Part shown: positions 1 to 12,997 of the stretch, piece after piece | How the letters are laid out: each line of letters starts with the position of its first letter | Position numbering within the stretch: the first letter of the stretch is position 1 | From: Zygophlyctis sp. KS116 | Taxonomy: Eukaryota > Fungi > Chytridiomycota | NCBI GenBank assembly: GCA_054661495.1 | Contig: BAAFSQ010000220.1 | Location: 1 to 16,839, forward strand | Reading direction: 5' to 3' | DNA: 16,839 bases | Program-made: the position numbers and the translations under genes | The notes under the pieces: generated by a model | Told to the model about the DNA's origin: nothing | Database searches by the model: none | What the model saw: only the letters and a program-made list of their open reading frames with translations

Positions 1-109
1 GGACCGGTGATTGATTCCATAAAAATGGAAAAAGTATTACCGTCAAAGTAAGATAGAGCAACAAAACACTGAAAGACAAATAAAATTTCTTTTTTCTTGT
101 CAAAAAAAA

Positions 110-2698
<2,589 letters not shown>

Positions 2699-2749
2699 TC
2701 GGTAATTTATGCAATGACGAAATCTAAACTAAATTACCGACGTTGCATA
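2699..2749. promoter_or_regulatory. Putative bidirectional promoter with interleaved inverted repeats
   Basis: Lies in the 87-bp gap between divergent ATGs (2698 and 2786). TCGGTAATTTA (2699-2709) / TAAATTACCGA (2730-2740), and TATGCAATG (2708-2716) / CGTTGCATA (2741-2749). Confidence 0.45.
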
Positions 2750-2785
2750 TCCAGCTTAAGAAAAGAAAAATTGCTAATTCTAAAA

Positions 2786-3586
2786 ATGCATCAAGAGTTG
2801 CTACATTTGGCTCCTAAAGAATACTGCGACAGATTCCTTTCTCAGGGTCTTAGGCCTGATGGACGATCATTCAATGAGCCTAGAATAAAACAAGTGCAAG
2901 TTGGATCTATATCATCAGCGATCGGATCGGCAACAGTCAAAATGGGTAAAACTCTTGTAGTTGCTGGCATTAAAGCTGAAATAGCAACTCCAAATCCTTA
3001 TTCTCCAAACCAAGGATATATCATACCAAACTTTGATCAATCACCAATGGTTTGTCCATTGATCAAACCTGGGCCGCCAGACTCAAAACCTCAAATTATT
3101 TCAGATAGATTATCTCAAATTCTTTCAAAGTAATTTATACTTTTTTTAAATTCTAGATTACCCCTTGATAAATTAATTATTAGTCCTGGAAAAGCAGCAT
3201 GGGTTTTATATGTTGATTTAGTTTGTATTTCAGATGATGGAAATTTATTTGATGCATGCATATCTGCAACTCTAGAAGCATTAAAAGATTGTATTTTATT
3301 TCAGTAATTTAACAATCTAGGTAAAATCCCAACCGTCTCAATTGATCAAGATCAAATTTTACCAAATTTTGATAATCTTGTTTGCCCATTTACAAGTTTA
3401 AATTTTAATACTTTAACATTTGTTAAAATTGGAAAGGATTGGATTTTAGATCCTACTGATCTAGAAGAAGGATTAGCAGATGCTACTATTTGTATTCTAT
3501 CTAGTAATGGCGTTTTTCAGGGGCTATGGAAAGAAGGATCTGGTATTTCTATACAAGAAATTGAAGAATGCTCAAAATATATTTAG
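2786..3586 (+). CDS. RRP43: Exosome complex RNase PH-like subunit RRP43/EXOSC8
   Basis: Exons 2786-3129, 3157-3290, 3321-3586 (introns 3130-3156, 27 nt; 3291-3320, 30 nt); 247 aa. Motifs FLSQGLRPDGRSFNE, GSATVKMGKTLVVAGIKAE, PGPP, LIISPGKAAWVLYVDLVCISDDGNLFDAC and ILDPTDLEE. Start placed at aaaaATG 2786 rather than 2714. Confidence 0.9.
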
Positions 3587-3678
3587 TATTTTCTAAATTT
3601 AAAATGTTTAAGTCGGGTTTCATACCAAAATTTCTTGTTTCAACTCCTAGGCCTTGGTTAGAAAAAAAAACTTTGCTG

Positions 3679-4696
3679 ATGATGACAACCAACGATTTAG
3701 AATCAAGTCAACTCTCACCATCAGAACTTGATATTTCTGTTAGAGCGATTGTAACAACCAAAGAGGCTGGTGTTGTGATTGGGAAGGAAGGGAAATCGGT
3801 GTCTGCAATCAGAGAAGTCACAGGTGTCAAAGTCGGAGTCTCAAAAGTCATTCCAGGGATTCATGAAAGAATTCTTACAGTCTCTGGTCCATTACCGAAT
3901 GTGTCAAAAGCATTTGCTCTGATTGCGGAAAATCTATTAGAATCAATGCATGCTAATCAGTTGGAAAATCAAACTCACCACGATGCACTCACGATTCGTT
4001 GTTTGGTATCTCATCAGTTGGTGGGATCAGTCATTGGAAAATCAGGATCCAAAATTAGAGAAATTCAGGAAGAATCAGGTGCTAAAATTGTTGTATCAAA
4101 GGATATGCTTCCTCAATCAACAGAAAGAATTGTAGAAGTATATGGAGTTGTTGATTCAATGTAAATTTACCATAAAAAGTTAATTAAATAGACATTTGGC
4201 AATTTATCATATCGGTAAAGCTCTATTGAATGATATGGAGAGAAATGTTGGTGTAATACTCTATGATCCTCAACAAGGTGGTCCCTCTGGTGTAATTGGA
4301 ACTCATACTCGTATTGCCCCAGATGGTAGTCTATACTCTCCCCGTTCTATACGCACAAAAGAACATGCCTCATTCCGTCCAAAACGTCCAATGGGAAACA
4401 ATGAAAATTTTCAGGATAACAATGGAGAAACTATTACTAAAAATTTGAATATCAATGCTGATATGGTTGGTTGTGTGATTGGTAGAGGAGGCTCATTTAT
4501 TTCTCACATTCGTCGTGTTTCAGGTGCTAGATTGCACGTTTCTGAGCAACAAGGATCAAGTACAGAACGAACAGTTACTATTATGGGAACTGATGATGCA
4601 GTCAATAAGGCAATGAAACTTTTGTACGCTCAACTGGAATCTGAAAAAGAAAGAAGAGAGCAATTGGCGAGTGAAAAGTCTGGAGTAGTTCAATAA
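3679..4696 (+). CDS. Triple KH-domain RNA-binding protein (Rnc1/Pbp2/Hek2, PCBP/hnRNP K-like)
   Basis: Exons 3679-4160, 4192-4696 (intron 4161-4191, 31 nt; junction DSI-HLAIYHIG); about 328 aa. Three KH GxxG loops: AGVVIGKEG, VGSVIGKSG, VGCVIGRGG, plus MLPQSTERIVEV. An alternative in-frame ATG exists at 3604. Confidence 0.92.
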
Positions 4697-4740
4697 TCAA
4701 ATCCAAAAAAATCTTTTTTTGAATAATAAAACCATCAGTA

Positions 4741-5561
4741 TTACTCGATTCTAAAAACAGTACTCTGTTGTCGTTCTTGAGTAGGCCTATCCTCTGCAGT
4801 TGTAGCAGAGTTAGAATGTGACTCATACTCTGCACTCCTACTGATCTCTGTCGACTTTTCCCTATAAGGTGGCAGAGGTGGCATATACTCTGGAGTTGGA
4901 TCATGCACTACTTCCAATTGAACTTGTTCAGCAGCTACAGTTGTAGTGGCAAAAGAAAACCAAGGGAATGAATATTTTGAGGGATCATTGACCAATTCAA
5001 GGTAGAACCCAGTTACCACCAAATCAAAGTATAAAATGGTAATACCGACAATAACTAGAGCAAAAGTCCTTGTGAATAAGTAAGTTGGTAGCACTTCTTC
5101 GCATGATCTTTTCAATTCTGGCAAAGTCATATTATACTTTCCGGACGATGAGGAACTAGCAACACATTTTTCAATGATCGCATCCTTGTTTGAATAATCA
5201 TTAGACAGACTTATTGACCATAGTATGAAAAAAGCAACTAGACTGAGTTTAATATACACTTACCCGACAATACAACATAAAATGAGATGCTAACAAAGTA
5301 TTCCTTGATTGATGACTATAGATAAGACTAATTTAGATCATACCTTGTAGAAAGCATATATACATCCAACGATTGCAATAAATCCAAGCAAATGTATTAC
5401 TAAAGAAGCAATTCCAAAGGCCGAACCCAATGATTCACTCATAAACTGAGTAATAGGAACAATCTTAAAGATCAGATAGAACCGCTTACTAATGATAATC
5501 CCAATGCAGCTAGACTACCGGCTCTCAAGGAAATAAGAACACACAGCTTTGGTGGTCTCAT
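4741..5561 (-). CDS. Four-TM membrane protein with C-terminal PY motif (LAPTM/tetraspan-like)
   Basis: Exons 5561-5490, 5463-5344, 5315-5264, 5237-4741 (introns of 26, 28, 26 nt); 246 aa. N-terminus MRPPKLCVLISLRAGSLAALGLSL, four hydrophobic segments, a Cys pair in the loop before TM4, and a tail containing PEYMPPLPPY. Confidence 0.8.
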
Positions 5562-5609
5562 GCTAGAAAATTATGCTAAAAATAGAATTTGAGTAAAAAT
5601 TGAAAATTA

Positions 5610-6955
5610 TTATAATATCTCTTCCAGATTGGAAATATTCTGTGATAAATCCCAAATCATTATTTGGCGGTCCTGACTAGCAGAGATTATTTTTGATGAG
5701 TCCATTTGGACATGGAAAACCCAACTAGTATGAGCGTCTGGAAGTTCCCAAAGAAGATCCCCAGTAATCATTGACCATGCTTTAATGGATTGATCATATG
5801 ATCCAGAGACTAGCCTTTCATTATCAAAACAAAGAGTGCGAACAAGGTCTTGATGACCCTGAAGTAAATGAATACACCCCCCAGTGTTGATGTCCCAAAT
5901 GCGTATTGTTTTATCATTTGAGCCAGAAGCTACATATTTATGATTATGCTGAACACAAGCAAGACCTCTTTTATTAAAGCAATTAAAATTACCTAGAATG
6001 TCCTATAAATTCTCTAATAAAATTTCCTGTAGATATATCCCACAAACGGACAGTACAATCGCCTGATGCAGAAGTTAAAAGATTATTGTACAAATGAATA
6101 GAATTGACAGCGGCTTTATGTCCTTCAAGAGTTCTAAAGAGTAAGTTTACCAATTATACCTACCTAATTAAATTTCCCGATTTTAAATCCCATATTTTTA
6201 TTGAACTGTCCTTTGAACAACTTGCAATAAAATGATCATTAAATCTAACATCTAGAACAGGTAAAGAATGACCCGAAAGCCTGTGTAATATTAAATCTGA
6301 TTGAAAATCCCAAATAATAATTGTAGAATCTGACGATCCAGTAACAATATACTTGTTTGTGTATTGAAGACAAAGAACTGATCCATCATGACCAGAGAGA
6401 GTTTTTATACATTCTTTTGTTTCTAGAGACCAAAATTTTATAGTTTTATCTCTAGATCCGGACAGTAGAATTAAATCATCATACTGAAGACAATAAACAG
6501 AATCTAAATGCCCTGATAAGCAAGATCCAGATACCTAAATATCAATACAAACCATTTAACTACCATACCTTTCCTTGATTCCAATTTTGATTAAGATTTA
6601 AACGTGATTTATACAGTATTTTCCAATCCTTTTCAGAGTAAACTTTAGATTGTTTTCTAGGCCTTCCCCATCTAGTTACAAAAAGTGATCTCCAGACATC
6701 ATTATCTGCCAATATTTTATTCCACCTACTACAAACCAATGCCATTGTTTTCATCATATGAATGGAATTTACATACTTGAGAATCTGTATAGCAAGTTCT
6801 ATGGGAAGCATTGATACAAAATCTGATATAAACTATAAGCGCTTACCAATCTTTAAGTTATCAGTAATCTCAACGCCCGAGTCCAACATACTTGCGTTTG
6901 TATCTGCACCGGTCGGATGGTTTAGATCTAGATCTCCTAATAAATTAACAATCAT
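5610..6955 (-). CDS. F-box/WD40 protein, beta-TrCP-like (Pof11/FWD-1 type) SCF substrate receptor
   Basis: Exons 6955-6847, 6822-6569, 6534-6164, 6133-5993, 5967-5610 (introns of 24, 34, 30, 25 nt); 410 aa. F-box DFVSMLPIELAIQILKY...VCSRW...D..VWR. WD repeats GHLDSVYCLQYDD..LSGSRDKTIKFW, GHDGSVLCLQY, GHSLPVLDV, GHKAAVN, GHSRGLACVQ, GHQDLVRTL, HTSWVFHVQ match the beta-TrCP pattern. Most of the WD region is absent from the ORF track. Confidence 0.9.
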
Positions 6956-7117
6956 GGAATCTTTTTGCAGCCATCTAGATCATTAAATAATGGATTTACT
7001 TTCTCAAAAACATTAAAAATCCGATGACCTAATCGATTAAATTCTTGTTGGCAGCCAAATATCCAACCATCAACTATCAAAAATAGATTTTATAAACCAT
7101 CAAATAGACTGATCCTT

Positions 7118-7820
7118 TTATTTCACAGCATCCACCTATAAATTAACATTATAAAATTACTTGATTTTCAGGATGTGCCATTTTAAAATCTTGCAAATCT
7201 TCTAAATCTTTATAGATTCTTTTAATATTTGGAAATTCATCCAAATTTACACCAAATCTTAATGCATTATAAACCTGAGGAACGAGACAAATGTCTGCAA
7301 ACGTGATTTGATCCTTGAAACAATACTTTCCAGCAGTTTTTATCAACATTGCTTCTAATCCTTTAAATCCTAATTTGATAAAATGTGCAGCCCATTCAAT
7401 CTTTAATGATTCTTGATTGGTAATAGCCTGAATCTTTTTTAGAACCCGTAGATTCTGTACAGGATCTAATCTTTAGACTTTAAACTTACGTATATCACAA
7501 GCGATTACATTCATCAAACTTCTAACAAGAGCTCTATCGATCGGATGTTTTGGCAACAGATTATTTTGAGGAAATACTTCTTCTAAATATTCTAGAATAG
7601 CAGGCGATTGGATCAAGACTTGATCCGATGTATTTTTTAGAGCTGGTAATAGATTATTAGGATTGATTGTCGTAAATTCCTCTGATAATTGCTGACCAGA
7701 CAATAGATTAATCGGTTCAATCTTGTATGATACTTTTTTTATATTCAAGGCTAATCTAACTCTCCAACTTGCAGATGATCGCCAATAACTGTAGAGAGTA
7801 AAGTCGCTATTTTCACTCAT
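7118..7820 (-). CDS. GSTZ1: Maleylacetoacetate isomerase / glutathione S-transferase zeta
   Basis: Exons 7820-7490, 7465-7161, 7135-7118 (introns 7466-7489, 24 nt; 7136-7160, 25 nt); 217 aa. Zeta signature LYSYWRSSASWRVRLAL, QSPAILEYLEE, ACDI-HPVQNLRVL, ADICLVPQVYNALRF and AHPENQ-VDA. Confidence 0.95.
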
Positions 7821-8005
7821 TTGATCAGTTGAACGCTTATTTTTTATGGGATCTATTATGGCTAATAATGCACATTCTCTTTCTATTTTGGGTGGGTTTG
7901 CAATGATTAAGAAATTAACTTGTGCCTTTATCACTTGCAATGATGATCCATTACGTCATCAAGAGCAAATCACGAATCGCGTATGACCGCCACGTATTTT
8001 TTGAA

Positions 8006-9921
8006 ATGAATGTTATCAAGGCCATACAGAATTATGTTAATAAAATGATTGACTCTGTGAGTGGGATGAAGGTTCTACTGCTGGATGAAGAAACGGTATG
8101 ATTAATTTACAATGAGTAATGTTCTCGCCAAAATCATTTGCTATTAAACTTTTTTAAAGTCTGCAAATGATTAAATCATGTTTTTAATATAAAGACTCCT
8201 GTAATTTCAATCACTTCAACGCAGTCATATCTACTGTCTAAAGAGATTTATTTGATTGATAAGATTTCTAATCAAAGAGAACAAATGAAGCACTTAAAAT
8301 GTATAGTTTTTATTAGGCCGGCAGACTCTTTAAATCACTTATTGAAAGAACTTCAAGATCCTAAATATGGGGATTATCACGTTTATTTTTCTAATACTTG
8401 TAAGAAATCAGATATTGAAAGGATGGCAGAGGCTGATGAGTATGAAGTAATTAAAGAAGTTCAGGTATTATAATTAAATAATTATTAGGAATATTATGCT
8501 GATTTTCTTGCGATTAATCCAGACTTGTATTCTCTGTCAATTTCAAATCATTTAGTTGCGGGGAATTTAGAATCTTGGGATTCAATAGCTCTTACAAGGA
8601 CAGTACAAGGAATTATTGCTGTATTATTGTCAATGAAGAAGAAGCCTTTAATAAGATTCGAAAAAACTTCAATTTTAGGGAAAAAACTTGCAAATGAAGT
8701 ACAATATGCTATTCAACAGGAAGGCCCATTATTTGATTTTAAAAAGACTGATACTCCTCCAATTCTTCTTATATTAGATAGAAGGAATGATCCTGTTACT
8801 CCTTTACTTTCTCAATGGACTTATCAGGCTTTAGTCCATGAAATGATTGGGATTCAGAATGGAAGAGTTGATTTGTCATATGTTGCTGATATAAGGCCAG
8901 AAATGAAAGAAGTTGTATTGTCTCATGATCATGACACTTTCTATCAGAAAAATATGTTTTTAAATTTGGGAGATTTAGGTGCTAATATTAAACAATATGT
9001 AGATGAATATCAAGTAAAACACAAATCTAGTAAAAATATTGAATCAATTGCAGATATGAAAAAGTTTGTAGAGGATTATCCAGAATTTAGAAAGTTGGCT
9101 GGAAATGTATCAAAACATGTTACATTGGTTAGTGAATTGAGTCGTTTGGTTTCTAAAGAAGAGTTACTGGTGGTCGGGGAGTTGGAGCAGAATTTGGCTT
9201 GTATTGAGAATCATGCTGTTGACTCAAAATCAGTCGAAGAACTTCTTTTGAATCCCAACATTTCAAAAAATTCTAAAATAAGAATCACATTACTCTATGC
9301 TCTTAGGTATGAAAACCTTCCGGGAAACTGTACAATACAATTTATTGAAATTTTAAAAAAGATTGGATTAGAGGATTTATCAAACGTAATTTATCAAGAT
9401 TTTTTAATAATTAGTCTGTATATTCATTATTACAATATGCTGGTACTGATAAACGCATGGAAGACATTTTTTTAAATAATGATATAATTGCAAGGACTAA
9501 GAGTGTTTTCAAAGGCCTTAAAGGTGTAGAAAACATATATACTCAACATACCCCCCATTTGGTGAATACATTACAGTCTATGATTAAAGGAAAATTAAAG
9601 GAACAGCTTTTCCCTTTTCTGGAAGGATCTAGCAGAGATAAGTAATTTTTTTAAATAAATTAATCTTTTCAGGCCTCAAGATGTTATCATATTCATGATT
9701 GGAGGAGCAACATATGCAGAAGCTCGTGCTATAAATCAACTTAATGCTTCTAATTCAGGAACTAGATTCATACTGGGTGGAACAAGCATACATAGCACTA
9801 AAAGGCAAGAAATTTAAAGTTAATTTATAGTTTCCTTGATGAATTGATGACTTTTGGAGGAAAAAAAGAATTTAAATCATCCAATGCGGAACTTCAATCC
9901 ATAAAATCTGCTAAAGTTTAA
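8006..9921 (+). CDS. VPS45: Sec1/Munc18-family vacuolar protein sorting protein 45
   Basis: Exons 8006-8095, 8195-8464, 8489-9385, 9415-9641, 9673-9804, 9831-9921 (introns of 99, 24, 29, 31 nt and a 26-nt GC-AG); 568 aa. Motifs GMKVLLLDEET-TPVIS, LLILDRRNDPVTPLLSQWTYQALVHE, GNVSKHVTLVSELS, KGLKGVENIYTQHTP, PQDVIIFMIGGATYAEA and LGGTSIHSTKSFLDEL. Confidence 0.96.
8096..8194 (+). other. Unusually long (99 nt) first intron of VPS45 containing a nested inverted repeat
   Basis: GTATGA...TTTTTAATATAAAG joins EET|TPVIS. Perfect 10-bp stem AATCATTTGC (8132-8141) / GCAAATGATT (8163-8172), inner ACTTT/AAAGT (8148-8152/8156-8160), and outer ATGATT/AATCAT (8098-8103/8174-8179). Confidence 0.85.
9805..9830 (+). 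other. Non-canonical GC-AG spliceosomal intron (26 nt) in VPS45
   Basis: AG|GCAAGAAATTTAAAGTTAATTTATAG|T. Removal yields the conserved HSTK-SFLDEL end of Vps45; retention hits TAA after KRQEI. Confidence 0.8.
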
Positions 9922-9927
9922 AACTGT

Positions 9928-10892
<965 letters not shown>

Positions 10893-10906
10893 TAGAAATT
10901 ATATTA

Positions 10907-10950
10907 ATGATTGGTTATTAATGATCTATGATTGGTTATTAATGATCTAT
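10907..10950. repeat. Perfect 21-bp tandem duplication upstream of DIM1
   Basis: ATGATTGGTTATTAATGATCT at 10907-10927 and 10928-10948, followed by AT. Confidence 0.9.
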
Positions 10951-11093
10951 TACAGCTATCAGTGATCTAGCAATCTTATTACCAATAAAACCTGTTGTCA
11001 CCCTACCAAGCCCCCCGTTGTTTGACAAAATTTCTCGTATCAAAATTTTCTTATCAGTACTTACGTTAATAAGCTCTGTAGTAACACTAATAC

Positions 11094-11116
11094 GGCACTA
11101 GGCACTAGGCACTAGG
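11094..11116. repeat. GGCACTA x3 heptamer tandem repeat upstream of ASH2
   Basis: GGCACTA at 11094, 11101 and 11108, followed by GG. Confidence 0.9.
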
Positions 11117-11132
11117 GGCTTGGGCACACGGA

Positions 11133-12853
11133 ATGAGTTGCAGTAAATGTGGCACCATTGTTCCCAGTATTGCTAGTATGGAAGGAGATGATTTCTTTAC
11201 AATAACTTGTGACTCTTGCTCTGGAACGGAAATAGGAAAACATTTGTATTTGAGACTATCGTTTTCATGGGCTGATATAGCGTATCTGTCGTTATATCAT
11301 TTAAGTAGTACAAAAACTCCAGACCATGTCGATGATAGTGGGAGAAAATATTATCATAAAAAAGATATAGCGGATCTTATCCAAGGAAATTGGAATTATT
11401 TATGGGATAGATCGTTTACTCCAAAATGGAAAGGGACTCTAAATGGTAATCTTCATACGGAGAAGTTTATACAATGGGATGATCAGGAGAAGAAGAGATC
11501 AAATTGTTGGGCCTTGAAAGAATTTGTATTGCCAAAAATTGCATTGGGATTGGAAGGGCGAAAGGTGATTGGACGTGTATTTAAATGTTTCTTTCTAATA
11601 TGATATAGATGGTGTTTAATGAAGTAATGGGGACTTTTCATTTAGAAGGAGGAGAAGAAAAGTCTGAAGTTGATGGTCCAATGTGCGAAAATACTAAATT
11701 TGTAGTTCAAGAGATGCAAATTCTTGAACCCAAAGGCAATCTTGATTCTGTTTTAGAAGATTCTAAATATTTTCAAAAGGAGGATTTATTGCCTTTAAAT
11801 GATCAAATTATTAGAGAAGAAGATTCCAAAAATGGAACTGAATCAGATGCAAGTACAAGTCTAGTCGAAAAAAAGAGAAAAATTGAAATAGATGATCAGG
11901 ATTTTGTTATTTTTTCTGTAAGATTAATATTTTAAATTATAGGAAAAAAATAAAGTCAAGAAAGAAACAGTTCGTAGGCAAAAGCGTGATTATATAGATC
12001 CAAAAAATTGTATAAGTATGATAATTCAAAATTTAATGCGCAGATATATATCCAGATCTAGATAATATAAAGTCAACTGTTGTAATGTGTGATTTTCCAA
12101 CTCATTCAGCTCCACAAATGAAGATTACTAACGGAGGAAAAACGGTTTCAACAGATAAAGGCTATAGGCTTTCTAAAAGCTCTCATGGGGTGTGGGAGGG
12201 CTCCTGGTATTTTGAAGTTACTATTGAAGATCATCCCGGACATGTACGTATTGGCTGGAGCCAAATATCAGGGGATCTTCAAGCGCCTTGTGGCTATGAT
12301 GGTTTTTCATATTCTTTTAGAGACTCACCAGGAACATTGTTTCATCAATCTAAAGCTATTCATGATTGTCCACCAGCATATTTTCAGGGATACGGTAAGC
12401 TTTAAATTTACTCATCAATAGGAGTTGGAGATGTATTGGGAGTTCTTATTGAGCTGCCTCCACTAACGGAGTCAAATAGGAAGGAATTACAAAGGCGGCT
12501 GTGGAATCCCCACCTTGATAAGGATTATGTACAAATTCGTGCAAAGCCTCTTCAGTCCTTGAAAAATGCTCAAATTAGATATTATAAAAATGGGATTGAT
12601 TTAGGTCAGGCATTTTCTAACCTGTATTTTGGTAATGAACAAATTACAATTAATGAATTTAGGCAAATATCATGCAGCAGTATCGTGTTATATGGGAGGG
12701 AAAGTTACTTTTAATTTCGGTCCTAAATTCAAATTTCCTTTACGAAAAGGAAAAGGACTTTGCCATGCAAGCTCTTTAGTTTTTAGTCCTATTGATTTAG
12801 ATACTGAAGATCAGGATGACATAAAAGTGGAACCAGTATCTCAACAAGATTGA
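11133..12853 (+). CDS. ASH2: Set1C/COMPASS subunit Ash2/Bre2 (Zn/winged-helix region plus SPRY domain)
   Basis: Exons 11133-11576, 11609-11917, 11943-12015, 12044-12394, 12422-12631, 12663-12853 (introns of 32, 25, 28, 27, 31 nt); 525 aa. N-terminal CxxC...CxxC and W..IAYLSLYHL. SPRY motifs KGYRLSKSSHGVWEGSWYFEV, HVRIGWSQ..GDLQAPCGYDGFSYS, GY-GVGDVLGVLI, YKNG, G-KYHAAVSCY and NFGP. Confidence 0.9.
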
Positions 12854-12943
12854 TCCAGGTCATAATCACGTTAGGCGACAGACATATACCGAATGACATG
12901 AGAAAAACAAGAATTTTCGCCTCTTACCGTATAATTTATTTGA

Positions 12944-12995
12944 TAATCAATGCCCGTTTATTATATATTTAATCAATGCTCGTTTATTATATATT
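12944..12995. repeat. 26-bp tandem duplication (one mismatch) in the convergent 3' intergenic region
   Basis: TAATCAATGCCCGTTTATTATATATT (12944-12969) and TAATCAATGCTCGTTTATTATATATT (12970-12995). Confidence 0.9.
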
Positions 12996-12997
12996 GG

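Noticed and set aside
1-20. Possible start (MESITG...) of a minus-strand gene leaving the window
   Set aside because: Only six codons are visible, which is not enough evidence.
7821-7940. N-terminal extension of GSTZ1 in the ORF track (and similarly 2714 for RRP43)
   Set aside because: The GSTZ1 extension depends on a non-ATG start. Family similarity begins at the downstream ATGs (7820 and 2786).
7821-8005. Box C-like ATGATGA (7940-7946) or minus-strand TGATGA...CTGA suggesting a snoRNA
   Set aside because: No matching D box with a terminal stem on the plus strand; the minus-strand CTGA lies a few nt from the GSTZ1 ATG with no closing stem.
8096-8194. VPS45 intron 1 as a C/D or H/ACA snoRNA, SECIS element, TPP riboswitch or micro-exon host
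   Set aside because: No CTGA D box, no terminal ACA, no GA quartet or 3' UTR location, no TPP aptamer core, and the protein is contiguous across the junction.
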